The notes beneath the pieces are model-generated. The model was not told the DNA's origin, made no database searches, and saw nothing but the letters and a program-made list of their open reading frames with translations. A DNA stretch of 64,000 nucleotides from an archaeon (GTDB lineage Archaea > EX4484-52 > WAPT01): positions 32,001-96,000 of the forward strand of contig JAPDKB010000007.1 of the NCBI GenBank assembly GCA_029258795.1, written 5' to 3'. Numbering within the stretch: the stretch's first letter is position 1; the number at the start of each line of letters is the position of its first letter. The position numbers were made by a program, and so were the translations under genes. Shown here one piece after another: positions 19,702 through 29,478 of the stretch.

Positions 19702-20493
19702 TCAAACTTCCATTCTGCTGAAGCTTATCGCGCTCAGGACAAAGGTTATGGTTGCTGCGATGCATGCTACGAAAGCGTCATACACAAGCCCAATTTCCCC
19801 GCTGCCGATCAGCATGTGCCTTATCCCATCCAGAATGTAAGATACCGGGTTGATGAGAAGTATGTTTCTCAACCATTCGGGAGCAAGGGTTATCGGCATG
19901 AAAGCCGTTGAAAGAAACACCATCGGCATTATGAAGATGTTCTGCACGAACTGAAAGCTCTCCATGTCCTGCATTCTTGAGGACACTGTCAATCCTATCC
20001 CCGTGGCAAATATGGAAAGAGCAATTATAAACGGCACGGCTGAAATAAAACCGGGAAGGTTCAGGTTTATTCTCATCATCATCGCTATCAAAACTATCAC
20101 GCACGCCTGAATCAGCGCCGTTGTCACAGCTCCCAGCGTTCTGCCCAGAACTATGGATAACCTGCTGACGGGAGCAACGAGCACCTCCTTCAGGAAGCCG
20201 AACTGTCTGTCCCATATCACCGCTATTCCAGCCATGACGGATGCGAAGATAACACTCATACCTATGAGCCCGCAGAGCAGAAATTGAAGGTATGTGATAC
20301 CACCGCTTGCCCCAGCTGATGCTCCACCGCCCAGGGTCAGCGCTCTCCCCACACCCATTCCGAAAGCCAGCAGGAAGAATAATGGCTGTAGCACGCTCCC
20401 CAGCACCCTGCCTTTCGTTCTTACAAATCGCTTCATGTGTCTCATCCAGATTATGTACACTGCCTGAAGCTCGTTGGTGGTTCTTTTTCTCAT
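19702..20493 (-). CDS. ABC-2 type transporter permease (DrrB-like)
   Basis: DRQFGFLKEVLVAPVSR, FLSTAFMP, NPVSY. Confidence 0.92.
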   Translation of the reverse strand: MRKRTTNELQAVYIIWMRHMKRFVRTKGRVLGSVLQPLFFLLAFGMGVGRALTLGGGASAGASGGITYLQFLLCGLIGMSVIFASVMAGIAVIWDRQFGFLKEVLVAPVSRLSIVLGRTLGAVTTALIQACVIVLIAMMMRINLNLPGFISAVPFIIALSIFATGIGLTVSSRMQDMESFQFVQNIFIMPMVFLSTAFMPITLAPEWLRNILLINPVSYILDGIRHMLIGSGEIGLVYDAFVACIAATITFVLSAISFSRMEV

Positions 20494-20503
20494 TATCAAC
20501 ACC

Positions 20504-21508
20504 TCATGCCATTCTCGAAAACCTCCTTTTTCTGAAGGGAGGAATATAAGCCCCACCATCGTTTCCGTTTTCAACATCTTCCGTGAGTTCCAGATAAACA
20601 TCTTCAAGCGAGGGATACTTCACGCTGAGCTCAATTAGCCGGACACCCCTCCTGACAAAAAGTTTTCGCAGAGCGCTGATCTTTTCCTCTATTCTCGAGC
20701 TTTCCAGCTCCACCGATTTCTCTTTCTCCACGATTACGCGCATCTCGCCCATCTCCCGCTTCAGCATTTCAAGGGCTTTTTTCTTGTCCGCTTCTGAAGA
20801 AAACACCACCACCAGCCTTTTCCTTCCGAACTTCTTTTTCAGCTCCTCAGGCGTGCCTTCCGCGACGATCCTGCCTTTATCGATCACAGCCACCCTATCG
20901 CACAGTTTCTCTGCTTCCTCGATGTAATGCGTTGTGAGAAATATGGTCAAACCCTTCTCCTTCTTTATTCTCAGTATATGCTCCCATATTTTCTTTCGGG
21001 TGTGGGCATCCAGCCCTATGGTCGGCTCATCCAGGAAAAGCAGTTCGGGATCATGCATAACGCTTCTCGCCACCTCCAGCTTTCTCCGCATACCTCCGGA
21101 GTAGCTTGAAACGAGCTTATCTTCCCACCCCTCAAGCTCCACAAGAGACATGAGTTCCTTTATCTTTCTTTTTATTTCATCCCCGCGCAAGCCATAAAGA
21201 CGCGCGTGATACTCCAGATTCTCTTTACCCGTGAGCTTGTCATCAAGAGCTGGATCCTGAAACACAACCCCAATCTTTCTTCTGACTTCCCATGGGTCCT
21301 TCACAACATCATGGCCCATAACAATGGCATTTCCACTCGTTGGTTTAAGCAGAGTGCAGAGAATTTTCTGCGTGGTCGTCTTTCCAGCGCCATTTGGTCC
21401 GAGAAACCCGAATATTGTGCCTTTTTTGACACGGAAGCTTATGGATTTAAGTGCCTGCACCCCACCTGCATACGTTTTGGTTAAGTTTTCAACAATTATG
21501 GCGTCCAT
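20504..21508 (-). CDS. ABC transporter ATP-binding protein (DrrA-like)
   Basis: GPNGAGKTT, YSGGMRR, LFLDEPT, TTHY. Confidence 0.95.
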   Translation of the reverse strand: MDAIIVENLTKTYAGGVQALKSISFRVKKGTIFGFLGPNGAGKTTTQKILCTLLKPTSGNAIVMGHDVVKDPWEVRRKIGVVFQDPALDDKLTGKENLEYHARLYGLRGDEIKRKIKELMSLVELEGWEDKLVSSYSGGMRRKLEVARSVMHDPELLFLDEPTIGLDAHTRKKIWEHILRIKKEKGLTIFLTTHYIEEAEKLCDRVAVIDKGRIVAEGTPEELKKKFGRKRLVVVFSSEADKKKALEMLKREMGEMRVIVEKEKSVELESSRIEEKISALRKLFVRRGVRLIELSVKYPSLEDVYLELTEDVENGNDGGAYIPPFRKRRFSRMA

Positions 21509-21529
21509 GATCAGCATCACCCACCATCC

Positions 21530-22075
21530 TCAATCCATTTCTGCCATTCTTTCCAGTTTCTTCCTCGCGTTTTCAAGCACCTTTCTGACTTCTTCCGCGT
21601 CCACATTTTTTTCGGACACGGCAATGAACACCATCTTGATCAATTCGTTCAGCTCATCGATCAGACCGCTATCTCCAAGCTTCTCCTTACTGATGTTATT
21701 GAAGGTCTCGAACAGCATCCTAACCTCGTTAACATTCAGACATGTGGACACGCTTATCATCTCGTACATCTTTTCCCTGAGCTCTCTCTTGATCTCGCTC
21801 ACCTTCTCGGCAAGCTCGCTGCCCTTCTGAGTCAGCCGATACACCTTCTTTCCCCTTTCCTCGCGCGAAACTACAAGACCCTCTTTTTCCATGCTTTTCA
21901 GCGCGGGATAAAGCGTGCCGAAGGACGGCTTCCAGAAGCCCGTCTCCCTCATTATCCTGTTTCGGATTTCATATCCGTGAGCATCCCCCTCCCTCAGCAC
22001 AGCCAAAATGTGAGCTCTCAAAAACCCTTTTGGAATGAATTTTTTACCTTCAACTCCAGTTTTTTCATCCATCAA
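21530..22075 (-). CDS. PadR family transcriptional regulator
   Basis: HGYEI...WKPSFGTLYPAL...KKVYRLT. Confidence 0.92.
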   Translation of the reverse strand: MMDEKTGVEGKKFIPKGFLRAHILAVLREGDAHGYEIRNRIMRETGFWKPSFGTLYPALKSMEKEGLVVSREERGKKVYRLTQKGSELAEKVSEIKRELREKMYEMISVSTCLNVNEVRMLFETFNNISKEKLGDSGLIDELNELIKMVFIAVSEKNVDAEEVRKVLENARKKLERMAEMD

Positions 22076-22102
22076 AACTCACCGTAATGGTGACCTGCTG
22101 CT

Positions 22103-23335
22103 TTACCCTTTCCTTCTGCGGTAGAGATACACAAGAATCAATGCAATCACACCCATTATCGCAACCAGAACGGCTCTTCTTACCATGATATTTCTTGCCT
22201 CCGCAACATTCACATTCACGTACTCTTCTCTCACCACCACATCATCTCCCGCCAGATACCTTATCTCCACCTTCAGCTGGTAGCTCTTTGGCTGCGCGTT
22301 TCTGTCTGCGCTGAGTGTGAAAACAGCAGTACCTTCAGCCTGTGGTTCGAGAGTTCCGATGTAATCGTACCTGTTATCCAAGCTTATGGGGACGAGAGCG
22401 CTTTTGACCAGTCTCACGGAAACGCTTTCAGCTTTCTCCTCGCCTCTATTCACAACCTTCAGCACAAGCCTGCCGTCACCACCCTGCACAACCTGATCCG
22501 GCTGGACGGAATAGCTTTCAAGCACGACTTCCGGATAGGGCGGGAGCTCTATGATGAGAGGTAATCGAATCTCCCGCTTAACCGATTTGCCACCACTCCT
22601 CTCCACATATTTTATCAGCAAAGTTGCATTGTAGTTGCCGGATTTAACACCTTCGTCGATATCAACATAAAAGCTGGCTGTGGCGGAATCCCCTTCCTTT
22701 ATCTCTCCCAGACCCGCAACATTGCTGTATGAGTGAGATGGCTCGAATCCATCCGGCAAAATGAGGGTTGCAACCACCCCGTAGGCAGGAGCATCCCCCA
22801 CATTCGTAATCTCGACCTCAAGCAGGTTTTCCTCGCTGTCTGGAAGAAGCTTGGAAGGCACGGTGGAAAGCTTGGTTATCACGAACTCGGACTGCTTGCT
22901 TTCCACATATATCCGGAGTTTTTCCTCCTTCCAGATGGCTCCACCTGAAGCTGTGCACCTGATCTTGAGCTCGTTCCAGCCGTCAGATGCCAGTTCATCC
23001 ACCCTCAACCTGAACTGCATCAGAGCTTCCTTCCCGGGAAGTAGATCTCCAACGGTGCAGGATTTCTGCTCTCCCGGCAGAACTGAAAATGGAAATTGCT
23101 CTACGACAGAACAAGAGACATTTACCGCCTCTTCATTTCCATCATTGACGACCTTAATCCAGACATCCAGATCCTTCCCCGCTTCAGCAGGATAGGGTTC
23201 ATATTTAACGTTCAACACGGTTAGATGTGGCGCAGCAAAAGCACCCGTGTTCATAAACACCAACACGATTAATGCAAAAACTAGCGCACGCACCACATTT
23301 CCATAATCAATTCTGTGCTCATATTTGCCAGACAT
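22103..23335 (-). CDS. COG1361-type S-layer domain / CARDB-repeat membrane-anchored protein
   Basis: Signal peptide, three Ig-like repeats (N-x-G-x-x-x-A...G-x-L-x-P), C-terminal TM followed by RRRKG. Confidence 0.8.
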   Translation of the reverse strand: MSGKYEHRIDYGNVVRALVFALIVLVFMNTGAFAAPHLTVLNVKYEPYPAEAGKDLDVWIKVVNDGNEEAVNVSCSVVEQFPFSVLPGEQKSCTVGDLLPGKEALMQFRLRVDELASDGWNELKIRCTASGGAIWKEEKLRIYVESKQSEFVITKLSTVPSKLLPDSEENLLEVEITNVGDAPAYGVVATLILPDGFEPSHSYSNVAGLGEIKEGDSATASFYVDIDEGVKSGNYNATLLIKYVERSGGKSVKREIRLPLIIELPPYPEVVLESYSVQPDQVVQGGDGRLVLKVVNRGEEKAESVSVRLVKSALVPISLDNRYDYIGTLEPQAEGTAVFTLSADRNAQPKSYQLKVEIRYLAGDDVVVREEYVNVNVAEARNIMVRRAVLVAIMGVIALILVYLYRRRKG

Positions 23336-23355
23336 AACTCCACCACCCCTGAATT

Positions 23356-23372
23356 TATATCGAACCGATATA
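23356..23372. promoter_or_regulatory. palindromic operator TATATCG-N3-CGATATA, candidate PadR site of the export operon
   Basis: Perfect 7-bp inverted repeat between a TATA-like box (~23393-23400) and the SD of the first operon gene. Confidence 0.7.
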
Positions 23373-23464
23373 TTCGTCTATTATCGTAAAATTATTTATA
23401 GATTTCGGTGACATCCCACACAAAAATAAAAAGCACCTACCCAAACTTACGGCAGCACCACAGT

Positions 23465-24169
23465 TCATATTCTCATTATCTTGACCAGAGTTTCAACTCT
23501 GTCCTCCATTTTCTGGAGCTGCTCCACGCATCTCTCCAGCTCATCTATGCCTTTAGAGCGAGTGTCCTTCATCTCTTTTATCAGCTTGGTGAGCTCTCCA
23601 GTGCTTGAGCCTATCTCGCGGAGCATGGACACAATCTCTTTATATCTGGATAAGCTCACGAAGACCGGTCCTTCAACCTCGGCAATGGAGCGCATCTCCA
23701 GCATCCTTTTTTCGAGATTTTCTGCACTCATCTCCTCACGGACAGCAGGACTTCTGACACTCTCTTTCTTGGGAGCTTGAAGAGCTTGAGCTGGTTGGGC
23801 ATCGGATCCTGAAGCAACCTCCTTTCCTTCACTCTGCTCAACACTCTCCACACGGAACAGCTCCTCCTCAATCGGCTTCAGATTTTCCAGCTCCGCAACT
23901 TCCTCTTCTGGAATCACCTCAATTTTCTCCATCTCTTCCTTCACTTTCTCCGATTTCTTCTCCTTCTTTTTACTCGGAGCCACTTTGACCTCTTCCTTAG
24001 CTTCAGGCACGACTTCCGTAACTTCCACTATCTCCTTTCCCCCCTCCTTCGTTTCAGAAGCAGCAGCTTCAACATCCTTTGCTATCTCCTTCAATTCCTC
24101 TTCAAGAAGTTTGAGTTCATCATCAAGTTTATCATGTTTTTTTGCTTTTTTTGAGGTTCTGGCTACCAT
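23465..24169 (-). CDS. hypothetical acidic/low-complexity protein with C-terminal coiled coil (PVFVSLSRY motif)
   Basis: GGTGA SD overlapping the gltX stop; Glu/Lys-rich linker and heptad C-terminus. Confidence 0.7.
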   Translation of the reverse strand: MVARTSKKAKKHDKLDDELKLLEEELKEIAKDVEAAASETKEGGKEIVEVTEVVPEAKEEVKVAPSKKKEKKSEKVKEEMEKIEVIPEEEVAELENLKPIEEELFRVESVEQSEGKEVASGSDAQPAQALQAPKKESVRSPAVREEMSAENLEKRMLEMRSIAEVEGPVFVSLSRYKEIVSMLREIGSSTGELTKLIKEMKDTRSKGIDELERCVEQLQKMEDRVETLVKIMRI

Positions 24170-24173
24170 GGTA

Positions 24174-25889
24174 TCACCTGTGTGTATAATATGCCAGCAA
24201 TTCTTTATTAAGTTTATCATAGCTTTCAATTCTGCAGAATCCGAATCGTTCAAACTGGACTATTGTGTCGGGCTTCACACTGGCACATGTGCTCTCAGCA
24301 TAACCCTTGAGAATTGTTGCATCAGGCATTACAACACGTGCACTGATGAAATCATGGGCTGGTACCCACTGCACCTTTACAATTTTCCTCATATCCACTT
24401 CATCATCTTCAATCCTCCTTACCACCATTCTATCATTTTCCTCCCCCACAAACTCCACATTCATCAGATCTTTTAATCTTACAATCCTCTGAGTCCTCAG
24501 GAGCTCCGCGTCCTGCTTGGTTATGTAAGCTTTACCTTTGAACTCCAGCTTTCTATGGCCACGCCCCCTGAAATCCGGATGTAACGGAGGTGTGGCAGCT
24601 ACGGGCTGAGTGCAGTTTTCAATCTCCAGAAGAACAGGGTCATGCACGAAAAAGTATCTGTTTGCCAGCGGATCGATAAGCCTTCTGTTCTCCTTGTAGA
24701 GCGCTTCCACCGGCACCACTATATCTGCTTCGCTCATGCCAACTGATAGCACGAACCTTCTGATGGCTTCCGGCATGAAGCCCCTCTTTCTCAACGATTG
24801 CATGCTCCAGGTGCGCGGATCATGCCATCCCATGAACTCTCCACTTTTCACCTCCTTCTGGAACTTGCTCTTGCTGAGCTTTACACCTTCTATCCTCATC
24901 AGGCCAGTGTGAATAACAACGGGGTGCTCCCAACCAAAAATATCCCAGATGAACTTTTCCATCTCCGTCTCCATCATCAGATCCTTACCCCTCAGAATGT
25001 GGGTGATGCCAAGAAGATGGTCGTCTATAGCCCAGGAGAATTCCAGCAGAGGCCACACCACATACTTGTTTCCTACTCGCGGATGCTCTCTTTCACTTAT
25101 CCTCATGAGCACTCTATCCCTGAAAGCTGGGTTCGGGTGCTTCATGTCCGTTTTTATGCGGAGGGATGCCTCCCCCTCTTTATACTCGTGGTTCAGCATC
25201 CTTTCAAAATATTCAAGGTTTTCTTCAACGCTCTGCTTCCTGTGCTCGCACTCCATACCCTTCCTCCTGTTCTCCCTCAAAGTTTCCACGTCGCAGAGGC
25301 ACACGTATGCCTTACCCATTTCTATGAGCTTCCTCGCATAATCGTAATAGAGCTCCAGCCTGTCGGATTTATAAACAACCTCATGCCATTCAACGCCGAG
25401 CCATCTCAACCCCTCGGGAATCAAATCATAAGCTTCGGGATCTATCTCCTTTCCTCCCCCGCCGATGGTGTCGTCAAAGACCAGAATGAGCTTTCCATCG
25501 TACATTTTCACATACTCATCGTTGAGAATGAAGGGCCTAGCGTTGCCTATATGGATCGGGCCTGAAGGAAAGGGTGCTATGCGCATCACGACTTTTCCTT
25601 TTTCCGCATGAGGTAATGGAGGGAGCTTTACTCCTTCATCCCCACCTTTTTCCTCCTCAACTGTAGCCACACCAAGCTCCGTTGCAAGCTTCTCCATTTC
25701 CTCTTTGCTCATCGAATTGACCTTAGCAACAGCTCGCTTTACCGCTTCCATCACAGCTTTTATATCCTTCTTCAGCTCGGGATTCTCCTTAAGAATCATA
25801 CCCATAACTGGCTTCTCACTCGCTTTACTATCGTGCTGCAGCGCATTTTTCAGAGCCATTCGAAGCGCGATATCTTTCAGATTCTGCAT
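24174..25889 (-). CDS. gltX: glutamate--tRNA ligase (archaeal type)
   Basis: RIAPFPSGPIHIGN (HIGH), THILRGKD, KLSKS, QFERFGF. Confidence 0.96.
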   Translation of the reverse strand: MQNLKDIALRMALKNALQHDSKASEKPVMGMILKENPELKKDIKAVMEAVKRAVAKVNSMSKEEMEKLATELGVATVEEEKGGDEGVKLPPLPHAEKGKVVMRIAPFPSGPIHIGNARPFILNDEYVKMYDGKLILVFDDTIGGGGKEIDPEAYDLIPEGLRWLGVEWHEVVYKSDRLELYYDYARKLIEMGKAYVCLCDVETLRENRRKGMECEHRKQSVEENLEYFERMLNHEYKEGEASLRIKTDMKHPNPAFRDRVLMRISEREHPRVGNKYVVWPLLEFSWAIDDHLLGITHILRGKDLMMETEMEKFIWDIFGWEHPVVIHTGLMRIEGVKLSKSKFQKEVKSGEFMGWHDPRTWSMQSLRKRGFMPEAIRRFVLSVGMSEADIVVPVEALYKENRRLIDPLANRYFFVHDPVLLEIENCTQPVAATPPLHPDFRGRGHRKLEFKGKAYITKQDAELLRTQRIVRLKDLMNVEFVGEENDRMVVRRIEDDEVDMRKIVKVQWVPAHDFISARVVMPDATILKGYAESTCASVKPDTIVQFERFGFCRIESYDKLNKELLAYYTHR

Positions 25890-26069
25890 AGGAGGCATGC
25901 TGATATTATGAAGGGTAACATTTTTTAAAAGCTCCGTCAGAGGTGTGCGCAAGCGAATTGACGGATTCACCCTACTCGGTCAGAAACAGCAGCCCCACTC
26001 CAAAGAAAGTCAAACAAAGCAAGATTAGAGCTACGAGTCCACTCAGCAAATCCATGAAAGTTTTGATGG

Positions 26070-26330
26070 ATGAAGTTGAATATAAAGCTTTTTGTGTCTC
26101 GAGATACCGAAAAAATTAATAATTATGTGTTTTCTACCATTTTCATGGTTCACGACCCCATCGAATATATCAGAAAGATAAGGCAAGAGGAGCTGGAGAA
26201 GTGCACCGCAGCCCTGAGGGCTGCAAGAGGAGAGGAAATAGAAAAAGCTATGCTGGCAAAAAGCTACCGGGAAGAAAGATGGCAGCAACTCTACGAGCTG
26301 CCGAGAGATCTGCAGAAAAAATATGTGTGA
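26070..26330 (+). CDS. small hypothetical helical protein (true start possibly ATG 26145)
   Basis: Charged helical ORF ending 1 nt from the RuBisCO stop; TATA-like element about 25 nt before 26145. Confidence 0.45.
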   Translation: MKLNIKLFVSRDTEKINNYVFSTIFMVHDPIEYIRKIRQEELEKCTAALRAARGEEIEKAMLAKSYREERWQQLYELPRDLQKKYV

Positions 26331-26331
26331 G

Positions 26332-27756
26332 TTATATCGTCCACACTTCCCTGAAGCTCATCCTGCCGGAGAGTACCATTTCCACAAGCAAGTCCCTGTT
26401 CTTCTTCTCAAACTCAAGCTTGCCGTAAATCTCGCGGGGGTCAGCATAATTGAAGTAGGAAAGCGCTTCCTTCAGCTCTTTGTGTTTTTTAGCATATTCC
26501 TTAAGCGATTTACCTTCAGCCACAGCTTCTGCTGCCTGCCTCATGGCTCTGGCTCCGGCTTTCGTGCCCTTCGGATGGCCGTGCACGCCACCCCCTGCCT
26601 GCGCAGTAACATTTTTGCCGTGCAAAGCTATGAGCGCTTCCATTCTTGCCGGATCGAGCCCTCCAGAAGCAACAGGCATGAGCGGCTTTATGTGGGGAGC
26701 AAACTCAAACTCCAAGGCGCCAAGGTAAAGTTTATCGTGCACCTTTCTCTTTTCTGCAATCTCGTGAAAGTGCTTTATCAAAAGCGTGCCTCCTTCCATC
26801 TTGCCCACTCCCGTGCCTATGTGGAGCTGATCCACCCCAATCATGCGGTAAAGCTTCTCAAGCACCTGAAAGTTTATGCCGAAAGATCCGCGATGCCAGG
26901 CAGCGTAGCCAGCTCTGTGTGCATGGATGGCAAGCCTCCTTTTTCTCGCTTCCTCCACCAGAAAGCTGAGCGCAGCAAATCCAAGAATGAAAACATCCAG
27001 CATTATCATGTTGTGCCCTCTTTCCACCACGTAATCCATTCTATCCAGCATCCTTTCGAAGCTCACATCGGTGATGTTGGTGCAATACAGCTTTTTCTCG
27101 CCCGTTTCCCTTTCAGCTTTATCCATCGCATCAAAGGTGGCATCAAACCTTTCCTTCCATTTGCAGAACTCCTGATCCACCAGATTCTCATCATCCTTGA
27201 CAAGGTCAAGACCACCGACCCAAGAATCGTATGCAACCTGCGCAAACTCCTTCGGAGCAAGCCCGACCTTTGGCTTGACTATGGTGCCGACATGCGGCCT
27301 TCTGTTTTTGGTGGTGCCGACATGCTTCCTTATGCCCTCAAGTCCGTAGAGCGGGCCCTTGAACTGCTTCTGGAACTCAGCGGGGAACTTTATGTCCAGC
27401 ACGTAAAGCTCGTCCAGCTCTTTCAGGCCAAATATGTTTCCGAGCACTGACGCTTGGAATTGCAGCAGGTTTTTGGTGTCGAAATGCTGGAAGGGATAAG
27501 CCACAAAAACGTAGCCGGATGTCTCGCTCGTTTTCTCGATTCTGAAAACTCTTGCTCTGTATTCCTTCAGAACTTTCTCGTTCATGGTCTTAATCGCGAC
27601 CCATGTTCCGACCGAGCTCTCGGAAGCCACGGCTTCAGCAAGCTTCTCCACCCTTTCCTTTCCCTTCACCCAGAAAAGCACGATGAAATCATCCTTTCCC
27701 GGCTGGTAATCCGGCTCAAGATAACTGTAGCCGCCGTATGCCATAAAACCCACCAC
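26332..27756 (-). CDS. rbcL: RuBisCO large subunit, archaeal form III-like
   Basis: ESSVGT, LGNIFG, KPKVG, KDDEN, HAHRA, LHIGTGVGKMEG, SGG, QAGGG. Confidence 0.92.
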   Translation of the reverse strand: MVGFMAYGGYSYLEPDYQPGKDDFIVLFWVKGKERVEKLAEAVASESSVGTWVAIKTMNEKVLKEYRARVFRIEKTSETSGYVFVAYPFQHFDTKNLLQFQASVLGNIFGLKELDELYVLDIKFPAEFQKQFKGPLYGLEGIRKHVGTTKNRRPHVGTIVKPKVGLAPKEFAQVAYDSWVGGLDLVKDDENLVDQEFCKWKERFDATFDAMDKAERETGEKKLYCTNITDVSFERMLDRMDYVVERGHNMIMLDVFILGFAALSFLVEEARKRRLAIHAHRAGYAAWHRGSFGINFQVLEKLYRMIGVDQLHIGTGVGKMEGGTLLIKHFHEIAEKRKVHDKLYLGALEFEFAPHIKPLMPVASGGLDPARMEALIALHGKNVTAQAGGGVHGHPKGTKAGARAMRQAAEAVAEGKSLKEYAKKHKELKEALSYFNYADPREIYGKLEFEKKNRDLLVEMVLSGRMSFREVWTI

Positions 27757-27803
27757 TGTCCTGCACTCAACATATCTAAAGTTTTCGTTCCAATATATAA
27801 ATT

Positions 27804-28100
27804 ATGGTCGCCGACAATAACAACACCCGGACTGCAGCTCTCATAAGAGTATATGGCGTGGTGCAGGGCGTTGGCTACAGGGCTTTTGCCATGCAGCGTG
27901 CAGAAAGGTTGGGGCTGGTTGGCTACGTGAGGAATCTGGATGACGGAAGCGTGGAAGTTTATGCGGAAGGGGAAAAGCAGGCAATAGAAGCGCTGATAAA
28001 AGAACTGGAAGAAGGTCCGTTTCTTGCAAGGGTGGAGAAGGTGGATGTGCAGTGGGTCGAGCCCTCAGGAAGCTATGAGGAGTTCAGGATAGAATATTGA
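27804..28100 (+). CDS. acyP: acylphosphatase
   Basis: GVVQGVGYR and GYVRNLDDGSVE. Confidence 0.95.
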   Translation: MVADNNNTRTAALIRVYGVVQGVGYRAFAMQRAERLGLVGYVRNLDDGSVEVYAEGEKQAIEALIKELEEGPFLARVEKVDVQWVEPSGSYEEFRIEY

Positions 28101-28161
28101 TGGAAACGAAAAAGCTGAGCGAGTTATTGCAAGTTATTGACAACAACATGCAACAACAAAA

Positions 28162-29478
28162 TCACAACCCGAAGCCCGGCATGAGCTTGCCCATCTTCAT
28201 TCCCCTCCTGAACATCCTGCCCTTCTTCAGCTTCCTGATCATCTTCTTCATTTCCTTGTAAGCTTTGATTAGTTCAGCTACTTCTTCAGGCTTCGTTCCG
28301 CTACCCCTCGCTATCCTCTCGATTCTGGAGCGGTTTATGATTTCGGGATTCATCCTCTCTTCCTTCGTCATCGAATCTATCATGTACTTCCACTTTTTGA
28401 ACTTCTCCTCCTGCACCTCCAGCATATCCTTCGGTATCTTCACACCCGGCAGCGGAAGCATCTCCATAATTCTGGCAAGTCCGCCCATCTTCCTAACATT
28501 TTCTATTTGCGCGTAGAAATCCAGAATGGTGAACTCGCCCTCCAGCATTCTTTTTGCCTGCTCCTCATCCACAACTTCTTTTGCCTTTTCAAGCAGCGTT
28601 TGCAGATCACCCATACCAAGGAGGCGAGAGACAAACCTGACGGGATCGTACTCCTCAAGATCGTCTATTTTCTCTCCAACCCCTATGAACTTGACTTTTG
28701 CTCCAGAGGCGTGACAGGCAGAGAGAGCTCCACCCCCCTTGGCTGATGAGTCCATTTTGGTCACTATTATTCCTGTTATGCCTATCGCTTCGTTGAATCC
28801 TTTGGCTTGAGTGTAAGCCGCCTGTCCGATATCCCCAGATATAACGAGCCATTTTTCATCAGGATTGAGAATGCTCACTATAGATTTGAGTTCATGAATG
28901 AGCTCGTCATCCAGCGCTGACCTTCCTGCAGAGTCCACAATCATAACATCATACTTTTTCTCATCATAAACTCTCATCGCTTCCCGTACGATTTTCGTCG
29001 CATCCCTCTCGTTCTCCATCCCGAAGAAATCTATGCCGTGCTTCTCACACAGTTGTTTGAGCTGAGCATAAGCGGCTGGCCTGTGCACATCTGCCGCAAC
29101 CGCAAGCACCTTCAAGCCGCGCTTCATGAAATACCTCGCGAGTTTAGCAGTACTCGTTGTCTTCCCGCTTCCGTAAATTCCCACAAGCAGAATCTTCTGC
29201 TTACCGATGTTGATTTCAGCTTTACTCTCTCCCAGCAACTCCACAAGCTCGTCATAAACAACCTTTATAACATGCTCCCTTCTTGTCATTCCTGCGGGGG
29301 GTTCTTTTTCAAGTGCTCTTTCCTTTATCCGCTTGGAAAGTTCAAAAACCAGCTTTACATCAACATCCGATTGAATAAGAACACGCTGAATATTCCTCAC
29401 AAGTTCTTCCACTTCCGCTTTACCTGGGGAGGGCTTTGAAAGGAAAGCCCCCACAGCATCCTTAAGCTTGGATAGCAT
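28162..29478 (-). CDS. srp54: signal recognition particle protein SRP54
   Basis: GSGKTT, DVHRPAA, DSAGR, TKMD, M-domain SRIERIARGSG. Confidence 0.96.
   Translation of the reverse strand: MLSKLKDAVGAFLSKPSPGKAEVEELVRNIQRVLIQSDVDVKLVFELSKRIKERALEKEPPAGMTRREHVIKVVYDELVELLGESKAEINIGKQKILLVGIYGSGKTTSTAKLARYFMKRGLKVLAVAADVHRPAAYAQLKQLCEKHGIDFFGMENERDATKIVREAMRVYDEKKYDVMIVDSAGRSALDDELIHELKSIVSILNPDEKWLVISGDIGQAAYTQAKGFNEAIGITGIIVTKMDSSAKGGGALSACHASGAKVKFIGVGEKIDDLEEYDPVRFVSRLLGMGDLQTLLEKAKEVVDEEQAKRMLEGEFTILDFYAQIENVRKMGGLARIMEMLPLPGVKIPKDMLEVQEEKFKKWKYMIDSMTKEERMNPEIINRSRIERIARGSGTKPEEVAELIKAYKEMKKMIRKLKKGRMFRRGMKMGKLMPGFGL

Noticed and set aside
25933-26069. TCCGTCA/TGACGGA inverted repeat and short ORFs between gltX and 26070
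   Set aside because: Single 7-bp stem and sub-60-aa frames without recognisable features; cannot be distinguished from chance
26323-27450. 375-aa plus-strand ORF antisense to RuBisCO
   Set aside because: Shadow frame of a well-conserved gene; no recognisable motifs, His/Leu/Phe-skewed composition
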